Assembly: GCA_016868575.1 (NCBI GenBank)
Contig: VGGL01000005.1
Coordinates: 108 to 64,107 of the forward strand
Length of the DNA: 64,000 nt
Direction of reading: 5' to 3'
From: Bacteroidota bacterium
GTDB taxonomy: Bacteria; Bacteroidota; Bacteroidia; Bacteroidales; FEN-979
A program made the translations under genes and the position numbers. A model generated the notes under the pieces. That model saw only the letters and a list, made by a program, of their open reading frames with translations. It did not search any database and was not told the DNA's origin. Shown piece after piece: positions 8,516 to 16,872 of this stretch (positions within the stretch are counted from its first letter, which is position 1; every line of letters starts with the position of its first letter).

Positions 8516-9591
8516 AGAAGGAAGGTAAAGAGTACATCTGGAAAGACTACCAGAAAGAAATCGCTGAAGACAAGTATTTTTACGTCAGGAGTTGTGTCCG
8601 GCAGAATTTTTTCCCCGGATCAGAATGGGCATTTCAAAAGATCCTTAGAGAAGAGTTGAAAAAGGATCTTTTCGAGAATGCTGCCCATACCTCATGTACA
8701 GGTATTGGATACCACACTGAAATAGTCCCGTTCGAAACCATGATGACTGTTGTAGCCAGACAATTTGCCCTGATGACGGAAGCAGGGTATGAGCACTTCG
8801 TTTCTTCCTGCATCACCTCCTTTGGCATCTATTCAGAGATCCTTGAAACCTGGGAGCATTTCCCCGAAACGGAAGCCAGGGCGCACCAGTACCTGAAAGA
8901 GGCCACCGGCAGGGACTTCATCAAACCGAAAAACCTGGCACATACCGGCGATATCATCTACAAATTCAGAAAAGAAATAGTTGCAAAGGGAAAGTACCGC
9001 CTGGTTCATCATCAAACCGGTGAACCATTGAAGATCGTCGAGCACATCGGTTGTCACTATTCCAAGATGTTTCCACACCGTGGGATTGGCGGCGCAGAGT
9101 ACCCCTATGTGCTGGTAGGGATGATTGAAGATTGGGGCGGCAAAGTTGTGGATTATCCTGAACGGAGACATTGTTGCGGATTTGGTTTCCGCCAATACAT
9201 TGTCCGGGCTAACCGGGGTTACTCCATTGCGTGTTCCCGCAAGAAGTTCGAATCGATGGAGCCTTACCATCCGGATGCCATTCTCACCAACTGCCCGGGT
9301 TGCCCCATGTTCCTTGATCGCTGGCAATATGCTATCAGCGAGATGGAAGGGAAAACATATGGTGAGAACGGACATGGGATTCCGGTGCTGACGTATGAGG
9401 AACTTGCCGGACTTGTGCTGGGTTATGATCCCTGGGATCTGGGTTTGCAGGTACACCAGGTTCCTGTTGAGCCTTTGCTTGATAAAATCGGCATCCCTTA
9501 CGATCCTTCGAAAAAATTCCTTGGAAAAGATGGCAGGGATCTGGGTCGCCCCGAAGCGCCTCATTTCCTCAAGTTCTACAAAGAGTCATGA
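8512..9591 (+). CDS. HdrB-like CCG-domain Fe-S protein
   Basis: The C-terminal CCG domain is intact: GCH-x39-CCGFGF-x38-CPGC. The N-terminal copy is degenerate (SCTG in place of CCG). Confidence 0.7.
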   Translation: MKKEGKEYIWKDYQKEIAEDKYFYVRSCVRQNFFPGSEWAFQKILREELKKDLFENAAHTSCTGIGYHTEIVPFETMMTVVARQFALMTEAGYEHFVSSCITSFGIYSEILETWEHFPETEARAHQYLKEATGRDFIKPKNLAHTGDIIYKFRKEIVAKGKYRLVHHQTGEPLKIVEHIGCHYSKMFPHRGIGGAEYPYVLVGMIEDWGGKVVDYPERRHCCGFGFRQYIVRANRGYSIACSRKKFESMEPYHPDAILTNCPGCPMFLDRWQYAISEMEGKTYGENGHGIPVLTYEELAGLVLGYDPWDLGLQVHQVPVEPLLDKIGIPYDPSKKFLGKDGRDLGRPEAPHFLKFYKES

Positions 9592-10601
9592 GACAGGTAG
9601 TGATCATTGGTGGCGGAGTTGCCGGGCTGGAAGCTGCCGGGTTCCTTGGAAAAATGGGACACCAGGTCGTATTGCTGGAAAAAGAAAAGGCTGTTGGCGG
9701 CCATGTGGGCAAATGGGACAGGCTCTTTCCAAACCGGCGTCAGGGATCGGAGGTAATGGATTTCATCCGGAAGAAAATGGATGAAAAAGTCTCGATAATC
9801 ACGGAAGCCGGGATCAAATCTATCGACACTTCTCCTGACGGCTACGCTGTTGTATTGACCAATGGAGAAGCGATCCGCGCGGATGCCATCCTGCTCGCCA
9901 CCGGATTTGAGTTATTTGATGCCCGGAAAAAAGAAGAATACGGCTATGGTATCTACGACAATGTGATCACATCTGCCGACCTGGAGCGGATATTCAGGGA
10001 AGAAGGAAAGATCACCACGGCTGATGGCCAGGCACCGCAGAAGGTTGCATTTGTCCACTGTGTAGGCTCCCGGGACGAGAAAGCGGGAAATGTTTACTGC
10101 TCCAAGGTTTGTTGTGTGACCGGTGTCAAGCAGGCCATTGAAGTGAAAGAGATGATGCCAGCTGCCAAAGTTTACAGTTTCTATATGGACATCAGGATGT
10201 TCGACCGGCATTTTGAAGAACTCTATATCGAGGCACAGCAACAAGGGATCACCTTTATCCGGGGACGTCTTTCAGAGGTCTACGAAGACCAGGGAAAAGT
10301 TCAGTGCAAAGTCGAAGATACCCTCACCGGCAAACCGATGAAGGTGACCGTCGACTTGCTGGTGCTTTTGGTTGGTTTCATGCCTTCTCCCGAAACAAAG
10401 CGCCTGGCTGGTATGCTGAAAATCAATATCGGTTCGGATGGTTTCGTGCTTCCAATCGACGGGCATATAAGTCAAAATGAGACCGGTGTTCCCGGTATTT
10501 TTCTTGCCGGCGCAGTCACAGGACCGAAATGTATTGCCACCACCCTCTCCGATGCCCGCTCTGCCGCCCTGCAGATCGATCAGTACCTGAAGACCAAGTA
10601 A
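9588..10601 (+). CDS. Short HdrA-like FAD/[4Fe-4S] flavoprotein
   Basis: Dinucleotide fold VVIIGGGVAGLEAAGFL. HdrA cluster signature CVGSRDEKAGNVYCSKVCC. At 337 aa it has no appended ferredoxin or MvhD domains. Confidence 0.75.
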   Translation: MRQVVIIGGGVAGLEAAGFLGKMGHQVVLLEKEKAVGGHVGKWDRLFPNRRQGSEVMDFIRKKMDEKVSIITEAGIKSIDTSPDGYAVVLTNGEAIRADAILLATGFELFDARKKEEYGYGIYDNVITSADLERIFREEGKITTADGQAPQKVAFVHCVGSRDEKAGNVYCSKVCCVTGVKQAIEVKEMMPAAKVYSFYMDIRMFDRHFEELYIEAQQQGITFIRGRLSEVYEDQGKVQCKVEDTLTGKPMKVTVDLLVLLVGFMPSPETKRLAGMLKINIGSDGFVLPIDGHISQNETGVPGIFLAGAVTGPKCIATTLSDARSAALQIDQYLKTK

Positions 10602-10611
10602 CCCGGGGGCT

Positions 10612-10962
10612 ATGAAGAAGGATAAGTGGGGATATGGCATCCATCCTGACCGGCAGATCGACCTGGACAACGCAAACCTGTCATTGCTGGAACTGGTGAG
10701 GCAGTCAGAACCATCTTACAACCTCTGCATCGCCTGTGGAAGCTGTGCCGCCACCTGTACGGCAGGAAATCTGACGACTATCAGTCTCCGCCGGATCAAT
10801 ATATATCTGCAACGCGGGATGATCAAGGAACTCCGGGAAGAGATCCGGCGATGCATGCTCTGTGGAAAGTGTTATCTGGCCTGCCCGAGAGGGGTAAACA
10901 CAAGACATGTCATCATCGCCATTCATGAGGCATTAAAAGCGACAGGGTATGAGGAATTATGA
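10612..10962 (+). CDS. Small HdrC-like 2x[4Fe-4S] ferredoxin
   Basis: CIACGSCAATC and CMLCGKCYLACPRG. It overlaps the next gene by 14 nt. Confidence 0.7.
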   Translation: MKKDKWGYGIHPDRQIDLDNANLSLLELVRQSEPSYNLCIACGSCAATCTAGNLTTISLRRINIYLQRGMIKELREEIRRCMLCGKCYLACPRGVNTRHVIIAIHEALKATGYEEL

Positions 10963-12793
10963 CCCATTCGTCCTTCCCTTCATGCTGGGGTTCCTGTTCC
11001 TGGTGGTTCTCATCATTTACAAGTTCGCCCAGTGGCTGATTCGCCTGAACATGCGCGAGAAGGTCCTTTTCCGGCATGGCATGCTGAGCCGGAAGTTTCT
11101 CCATGCCGGCAATGAGGTATTCATGGAAAGCCTGATTCACCGGAAGATGTTCAAAGCCAATCCTTTGCTGGGATATATGCACATGAGCCTCGCCTTTGGG
11201 TGGTTTCTGCTAATCGTCCTGGGAAATGTCGAATCCCGCCTCCATACCGGGGCACATCTCAACATGCCCTATTTTCCTATCTTCCTGAAGTTTTTTGTGA
11301 CTGAAAAAGAGACCATCCCGTTCTATGGCGGCTTTACCAACCTGATGGATTTTCTGCTGCTCATGGTTCTCTCCGGTGTATTTCTGGCGCTGATCAAGAG
11401 GATGACCTCCCGGATTTTCGGCATGCGCCGGACGACAAATCTGAAGGTCGGGGACAAGATCGCACTGATCACCCTATGGTTGATCTTTCCGCTCCGTCTT
11501 TTTGCCGAAAGCCTTACGGCAGCGCAACATCACAATGGAGGATTCATGACAGAAAATGTCGGGCAATTCCTGGCTGCTTTTCTGCCGACAGATCAGTTAT
11601 CCTATCCAGCCTGGTGGCTCTATTCCATCTCCCTTGGCGCATTCTTCGTTGCAGTCCCTTTTTCAAGGTATATGCACATCCCTGCGGAAATATTGCTGAT
11701 CTACCTCCGGCATTTTGGGATCCATTCCACCAAGGTCTATTCTTCTTTCTCGGAACTGGAGGTCTACTCCTGTTCACGATGCGGTGTTTGTATTGACAAA
11801 TGCCAGCTTCATACAGCGGATATACACTTCAATACGCCAACTTATTTTTTCCGCGCCATCCGGGAGAGATCGCTCTCTGGCGATTTGACCGATGCCTGTC
11901 TGTTGTGTGACCGGTGCACGGCCGCTTGCCCCGTGGAGATCAACACAACAGCCATCCGGATCGCAAAAAGGGCAACATTTTCAACTTCTTTTAAGTCTGA
12001 TTTTTCCTACCTTCCCGCCAACCATACCCGGCGTAAAGCTGACGTGGCCTACTTTGCCGGCTGCATGACACATCTTACACCGGCAATCAGAAAGGCGATG
12101 ATCGCCATCCTGGAACATGCAAAGGTCAAATACCACTTCATCGACGAGCAAGGGATCTGTTGCGGTCGGCCGCTGATGATGACCGGCAGGCTGGAAGAAG
12201 CCCAGCAACTGGTCCGGAAAAACGAGGCGCTGATCAAGGGCAGTGGAGCCAGGATATTGCTGCTGTCCTGTCCAATCTGCCTGAAAGCTTTCCGGGAAGA
12301 CTACCACCTCGATATCCGGATCATGCATCATTCGGAATATATCTGTGAGCTGATGGACCGGCAAATACTCCAAATTCCCGCCGGCACACAACTGTTTTCC
12401 TTCCATGATCCCTGTGAGTTGGGAAGGGGTTCGGGAATATTTGATCAACCCAGAAAGATTCTGTCTGAAGCCGGAAAACTGGTCAAATCTAAGTTTGAAA
12501 AAGAAAACTCTTTCTGCTGCGGAGGAAGTCTGGGCCATACTTCGTTATCACAGGCTCAACGGAATATAATCACGCAGGAAGTTGTTAACGAACTTACCAA
12601 AAACAACCCCGATTCCCTGGTTACCGCATGTCCGCTCTGTAAAAAAACATTCACCCGCTGGTCGGAGGTGCCGGTGAAGGATATTGCTGAGATTGTTGCC
12701 GAAGTAATTTCATTAGGCTCTACACAGTCAGACAGGGAACAAAATACAAACTCACTGGGAATAAAAGTACATGAAAAGCAAAAAAGGAAGTAA
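10949..12793 (+). CDS. Membrane-anchored Fe-S/CCG protein (polytopic N-terminal domain fused to an HdrD/DsrK-like module)
   Basis: About five hydrophobic spans in the first ~255 aa. These are followed by CSRCGVCIDKC and CLLCDRCTAACP, then two CCG domains (CCGRP...CPIC and CCGGS...CPLC). Confidence 0.75.
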   Translation: MRNYDPFVLPFMLGFLFLVVLIIYKFAQWLIRLNMREKVLFRHGMLSRKFLHAGNEVFMESLIHRKMFKANPLLGYMHMSLAFGWFLLIVLGNVESRLHTGAHLNMPYFPIFLKFFVTEKETIPFYGGFTNLMDFLLLMVLSGVFLALIKRMTSRIFGMRRTTNLKVGDKIALITLWLIFPLRLFAESLTAAQHHNGGFMTENVGQFLAAFLPTDQLSYPAWWLYSISLGAFFVAVPFSRYMHIPAEILLIYLRHFGIHSTKVYSSFSELEVYSCSRCGVCIDKCQLHTADIHFNTPTYFFRAIRERSLSGDLTDACLLCDRCTAACPVEINTTAIRIAKRATFSTSFKSDFSYLPANHTRRKADVAYFAGCMTHLTPAIRKAMIAILEHAKVKYHFIDEQGICCGRPLMMTGRLEEAQQLVRKNEALIKGSGARILLLSCPICLKAFREDYHLDIRIMHHSEYICELMDRQILQIPAGTQLFSFHDPCELGRGSGIFDQPRKILSEAGKLVKSKFEKENSFCCGGSLGHTSLSQAQRNIITQEVVNELTKNNPDSLVTACPLCKKTFTRWSEVPVKDIAEIVAEVISLGSTQSDREQNTNSLGIKVHEKQKRK

Positions 12794-12888
12794 TAGATCA
12801 AGTCCATTATTAGACATTATTGCTTTAATCTAAGGAGTTTATCTCGGTTTGTCTAATAGAAATCAAGTTCAACATCTGGTTTTCTTCG

Positions 12889-12896
12889 TATTTTTG
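12889..12896 (+). promoter_or_regulatory. -7 box (TAnnTTTG) upstream of the HEPN gene
   Basis: TATTTTTG lies 19 nt upstream of the ATG at 12915. Confidence 0.45.
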
Positions 12897-12914
12897 CATT
12901 AACTCAATTAACAT

Positions 12915-13325
12915 ATGGAAGAAAAAGAGAAGGAATATATTGATTATGAGAGAAGTATTAATCATTGGATCGAAAGTTCCGACAGAGATTTTCAAACAAT
13001 GAGTAATCTTTTTAACTCGAAGGATTATAGTTGGTCTCTTTTTTTGGGTCACCTTGTGATTGAGAAACTTCTCAAGGCAATAGTAGTCAAGGCAACCCGT
13101 CAATACCCCAAACCCATACATGACCTCAGCAGATTGGCCATTCTTGGTCAACTCAACTGTTCAAATGAACAACTTGATTTGCTCGATACAATTACCACAT
13201 TCAACATCAACACAAGATATGAGGATTACAAACTTGAGTTTTATCAACGTTGTACAAAAGACTTTGCTGAAACATGGATCAGCCATATAAAAGAACTCAG
13301 GAAATGGATAAAATCTCAACTATAA
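12915..13325 (+). CDS. HEPN-domain protein (putative toxin partner)
   Basis: IEKLLKAIVV...PKPIHDLSRLA...NINTRYEDY matches the HEPN helical-bundle pattern. It sits next to a nucleotidyltransferase gene. Confidence 0.7.
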   Translation: MEEKEKEYIDYERSINHWIESSDRDFQTMSNLFNSKDYSWSLFLGHLVIEKLLKAIVVKATRQYPKPIHDLSRLAILGQLNCSNEQLDLLDTITTFNINTRYEDYKLEFYQRCTKDFAETWISHIKELRKWIKSQL

Positions 13326-13618
13326 ACCTGCTGATTGAATACCTTAAAGCCGTTCCCAAGGAAAAATATCATTTATCCAGGGCGTTTCTTTTTGGATCTT
13401 ATGCCAGAGATAATCAGCATGAGGACAGTGATATTGATCTCGCCATTGTAATAAAGAATTTGAGAGATCCCTTTTCAGCTCAGCTTGAATTGATGAGGCT
13501 CAGACGTAAATTCGATCTTCGAATTGAACCCCATCCTTTTAGTGAAAGTGATTTTACTGCCCAAAATCCAGTTGTCTCTGAGATATTAAAATATGGCCAG
13601 GAGATTCCAATTGTTTGA
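13304..13618 (+). CDS. Minimal nucleotidyltransferase (MNT) domain protein (putative antitoxin partner)
   Basis: The pol-beta NTase motif FGSYARDNQHEDSDIDLAIV. The start is either 13304 (MDKIST, 22-nt overlap with the HEPN gene) or 13274. Confidence 0.7.
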   Translation: MDKISTINLLIEYLKAVPKEKYHLSRAFLFGSYARDNQHEDSDIDLAIVIKNLRDPFSAQLELMRLRRKFDLRIEPHPFSESDFTAQNPVVSEILKYGQEIPIV

Positions 13619-13626
13619 CCATTATC

Positions 13627-14082
13627 TCAGGACCCAAACCAGACTTTGAATTTCGTCACCTTGTCGATGCTGACAAAAACCTCACCCTGTGGAGGGGGGT
13701 ACAACTCGACTTTCAACTTGCTTTTGGGATAAACGAACACATTCCGGATGGCTTTGTGGTTGACCAGGAATTGCCTGTTGATGCGGAAAAAGCGTTTGGG
13801 ATCCATCCGTTCTGTTAATTGATCCAGACTGTAGTCAATGGGGTATTCCATCTTGTCAGGGGCAACGAGGAAGGTAATGCCGGCATTGGCATAGAAAATG
13901 GCAAAGCTGAGATCGTCTTCGAGGTGGATATCGAGGAAGATCAGGTCGGGTTCCTGGTGTTGATGGAACCATTCCACTGTTTCGGCCACTGATGGTAGCT
14001 TTGCCAGCACCTGGATAGCCGGGTCGTATTTCTGTAACATTTTCTCGAGGTGATCGGCAGAAAAACGCTCATCCGCGATTAG
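13627..14082 (-). pseudogene. Remnant of a LytTR-family response regulator (lost start codon, internal deletion)
   Basis: LIADERFSADHLEKMLQKYDP...PDLIFLDIHLEDDLSF is the first half of a receiver domain. It jumps directly to the LytTR tail (DPKRFFRINRQFLVNHKAI). Only ~150 aa remain of the ~240 expected, and no Met precedes LIADE. Confidence 0.65.
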
Positions 14083-14402
14083 GTTGTTCCAAACTTGACC
14101 GGGATCATGGTTCCGGGCTGACCAATGATCTCCCCGGGAAGTAATGTCGTAGGGAGTTCCAGGTAATGTTCGAACTGTCCACCAGCGCTTAGGTGTGGGA
14201 GTCCTGCACTCCGGGCTTCCCGGATCATGTATTTCACCCTTTTTGCCTCCAGGGATGCTTGCTGAACCGATTTATTTTGATCCACGGCCATCTTCAGCAA
14301 TTCTGGTAACGAAAAGCTAACGGTGTCAACAGCTTGTCCCAAAGCAACCATACCCGAAAGAAAAACACAGCTTAAGATGCAGAGAAATATGCGTGAAGTC
14401 AT
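14079..14402 (-). pseudogene. N-terminal 107-aa fragment of a TolC-like outer-membrane efflux protein
   Basis: A signal peptide is followed by LPELLKMAVDQNKSVQQASLEAKRVKYMIREARSAGLPHLSAGGQ, typical of the first TolC repeat. The frame stops after 107 aa, against an expected ~450 aa. Confidence 0.6.
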
Positions 14403-14507
14403 TTGCTGGAAATTTTCTGCAAATGAACAAGGGTTTCAAGTACCCCGGAAGAAAAGATCGCCGAATAACAGAAAAAGGGGGATGAACGGCGGGTAAAAGA
14501 AAACGAA

Positions 14508-15446
14508 CTATTTTCCGGCCACAGCCATCATCCGGTCACCCAAAACACCAAACCACCTTGTCAGGTAGTAATTGGGATACTGAAAAGCCAGCTTGATCAT
14601 GTTTTCCAGCATGGAATGACGCAAGGTTATGGTTTTGGGATGCTTGGTGGATTGATCAATTTTCACCTTTGAGAATCCGGCTTGATGGAACATCCGATCA
14701 AGGGTGCGAGGCATGAATTCGGTGAGGTGGTAAGGCGGGATGGTCATGGTTTTTTGGTTACCCGTCAGCCGGTAGAGCGTGAATGCCAGTCGGGTAGAAA
14801 TAAGGTTCAAGGTACCAGGGACCTTGGTGATGACAACCCCATCAGGTTTCAGGATGCGATGAATGATTTGCAGGGCTTCGAGGGGTTGGGTGAGATGTTC
14901 CAGGATATCACCCATGAAAACAATGTCAAACTCATTTTCATGTAACTCGTGGCCAATCAGATCTTCGGAGAAAGGTTTGGAAATGATGTCAATGCCGAAT
15001 TTCTCCCGGCCATAGCCGGCAGCAAACTCGGAAATTTCAACTCCCCTGACCTCAAATCCATGGTTTTGTAGCCGATGGAGAAAGGCCCCTGTCGCGCAAC
15101 CGATCTCGAGAAATTTTCCATGGTCTTTGTGTTTCTTGATGAATTCGATCATGCTGGTGTTATCCGCCACCGCAGTTGCCGAGAGATAGTCGCGGGTCAT
15201 GTGGTGGGTCTGGCCATCAGCTCCGGTGAAGTAGTCAGCGACATACATCTCCCTGATTTCTTCCGGTTCAGGGCGAGGAAAAATGGAGATCAGGCCACAA
15301 TCATTGCATCGCATTCCCCAGAGAAACCTGTCTTTGAAACGATACCTGAACGGGATTCGTTTCAGTCGATCAGAGCTGCAGAGGGGGCAAATGAAAGCCG
15401 GAGTTAGTTTACCCATTGAGGTACAAAAATCAGAAATAGTTTTCAT
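14508..15446 (-). CDS. Class I SAM-dependent methyltransferase with an N-terminal Zn-ribbon
   Basis: CPLCSS...CNDCG zinc ribbon. Motif I FLEIGCATGAFL. Motif post-II DIVFMGDILEH. The start was chosen at MKTISDF; the ORF-track start at 15509 is less likely. Confidence 0.75.
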   Translation of the reverse strand: MKTISDFCTSMGKLTPAFICPLCSSDRLKRIPFRYRFKDRFLWGMRCNDCGLISIFPRPEPEEIREMYVADYFTGADGQTHHMTRDYLSATAVADNTSMIEFIKKHKDHGKFLEIGCATGAFLHRLQNHGFEVRGVEISEFAAGYGREKFGIDIISKPFSEDLIGHELHENEFDIVFMGDILEHLTQPLEALQIIHRILKPDGVVITKVPGTLNLISTRLAFTLYRLTGNQKTMTIPPYHLTEFMPRTLDRMFHQAGFSKVKIDQSTKHPKTITLRHSMLENMIKLAFQYPNYYLTRWFGVLGDRMMAVAGK

Positions 15447-15610
15447 ATAGCGTCTTACTGAATAACTGAATGTATTGTAGATCTCACTGATTCTCCATCC
15501 CCATTCCACAGCAACAACCGTTTGCGGCTTTCCTCAACCCAACCACACTGTTCGTTCTTCTCAGATCAAAAAAAAACCAGATTTTGTATTATCTATATTA
15601 CATTTTATAT

Positions 15611-15618
15611 TATTTTTG
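15611..15618 (+). promoter_or_regulatory. -7 box (TAnnTTTG) upstream of the second ATPase gene
   Basis: TATTTTTG lies 21 nt upstream of the ATG at 15639. Confidence 0.45.
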
Positions 15619-15638
15619 CATAATATATATGACAAAAA

Positions 15639-16835
15639 ATGGATAAGTTGTATCAATATTCCGCATCGAGAATAAATTCGGTAAATCTAACCCGGAAAAG
15701 ATATCTATGGGATAAGATCAATTGGAACAATCGTTTGATCGTGCTGACAGGAGCCAGGGGAACAGGAAAAACAACCATGCTCTTGCAATATATCAAAGAG
15801 AACCTCCATGGAAATTCCGGAGATGTGATTTACGTAAGCATGGACGATCTGTATTTCTCGAAAAACAGGATTGTTTATTTTGCCGATGATTTTGTAAAAC
15901 GGGGAGGAAAATATCTTTTTTTGGATGAAATCCATAAATACCGGAACTGGCCACAGGAGATCAAGAATATCTATGACTATTTTTCAGATTTGAAAGTTGT
16001 GATCACGGGTTCGGCAGCTTTGAATATCTACCAGGGTACTGCTGATCTCAGCAGGAGAGCGGTTCTCTACCATTTACATGGTCTTTCATTCAGAGAATTT
16101 ATAGGATTCAAATATAATAAACCGTTCCCGGTTCTACCACTCGAAGAAGTATTGCATCATCCGGATGATTACATTAAGGGAATCTTAAAGGAGTTAAAAC
16201 CAATAAAACTATTCGAGGAGTATATTCAGAAAGGATATTATCCATATTTTATAGAAGACGAATCCACCTATTTTGACCGACTGAAGCAGACGGTCAATCA
16301 TGTGCTTGAAGTCGACCTTCCTTCGGTCGAAAACATTGATTACAATTCAGTTCATCATCTCCGTGTCCTGCTATCTGTTATCTCAGAGATTGTCCCCTTC
16401 AAGCCAAACATCATCAAACTTAGCAAACAGCTTGGCATTAGCAGAGATACCCTGTTAAAGTATTTGAATCTCCTTGCCCGGGTAGACTTGCTCCTGCTGT
16501 TGCAATCAGAAACAAGGGGAATCAGCAGACTCAATAAACCGCAAAAAATTTACCTTAATAACCCCAATCTGATGTTTGCATTAAATGATTCGCTTGATAA
16601 TAAAGGATCTTTAAGGGAAACATTCCTGATGAATCAGTTAAAAGGAAATTATCAGGTTGCCTATGATGATAAAGGAGATTTTCGAGTCTCCAGCAATTAT
16701 ATTATAGAGGTCGGAGGAAAGAATAAAACGCGAAAACAAGTTTCCGGGATTGAAAATGCCTATATCGCCGCAGATAATATTGAATATGCTTTTCAGAAAA
16801 CAATTCCGCTATGGTTGTTTGGGTTTCTTTATTAA
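15639..16835 (+). CDS. AAA+ ATPase with a C-terminal DUF4143 / PD-(D/E)xK-like domain (divergent paralog of 6558..7739)
   Basis: Walker A VLTGARGTGKTTML and Walker B YLFLDEIHK. The C-terminus carries GDFRV...IIEVGGK. Confidence 0.75.
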   Translation: MDKLYQYSASRINSVNLTRKRYLWDKINWNNRLIVLTGARGTGKTTMLLQYIKENLHGNSGDVIYVSMDDLYFSKNRIVYFADDFVKRGGKYLFLDEIHKYRNWPQEIKNIYDYFSDLKVVITGSAALNIYQGTADLSRRAVLYHLHGLSFREFIGFKYNKPFPVLPLEEVLHHPDDYIKGILKELKPIKLFEEYIQKGYYPYFIEDESTYFDRLKQTVNHVLEVDLPSVENIDYNSVHHLRVLLSVISEIVPFKPNIIKLSKQLGISRDTLLKYLNLLARVDLLLLLQSETRGISRLNKPQKIYLNNPNLMFALNDSLDNKGSLRETFLMNQLKGNYQVAYDDKGDFRVSSNYIIEVGGKNKTRKQVSGIENAYIAADNIEYAFQKTIPLWLFGFLY

Positions 16836-16872
16836 ATATAGCCGAATGATTCATTAGGTTTATCTTTGAAAA

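Noticed and set aside
14508-16835. The divergent methyltransferase + AAA/nuclease-like ATPase pair as a restriction-modification or BREX-like module.
   Set aside because: The methyltransferase has class I small-molecule/protein-type motifs and a Zn-ribbon. It lacks DNA-MTase signatures (DPPY/NPPY or the PC-ENV motifs). The two genes are divergently transcribed and so do not form an operon.
16861-16868. A TATCTTTG match to the -7 box just upstream of the DUF3108-like gene.
   Set aside because: It ends only 5 nt before the ATG at 16873, which would imply a leaderless transcript or a different start. It is too ambiguous to call a promoter.
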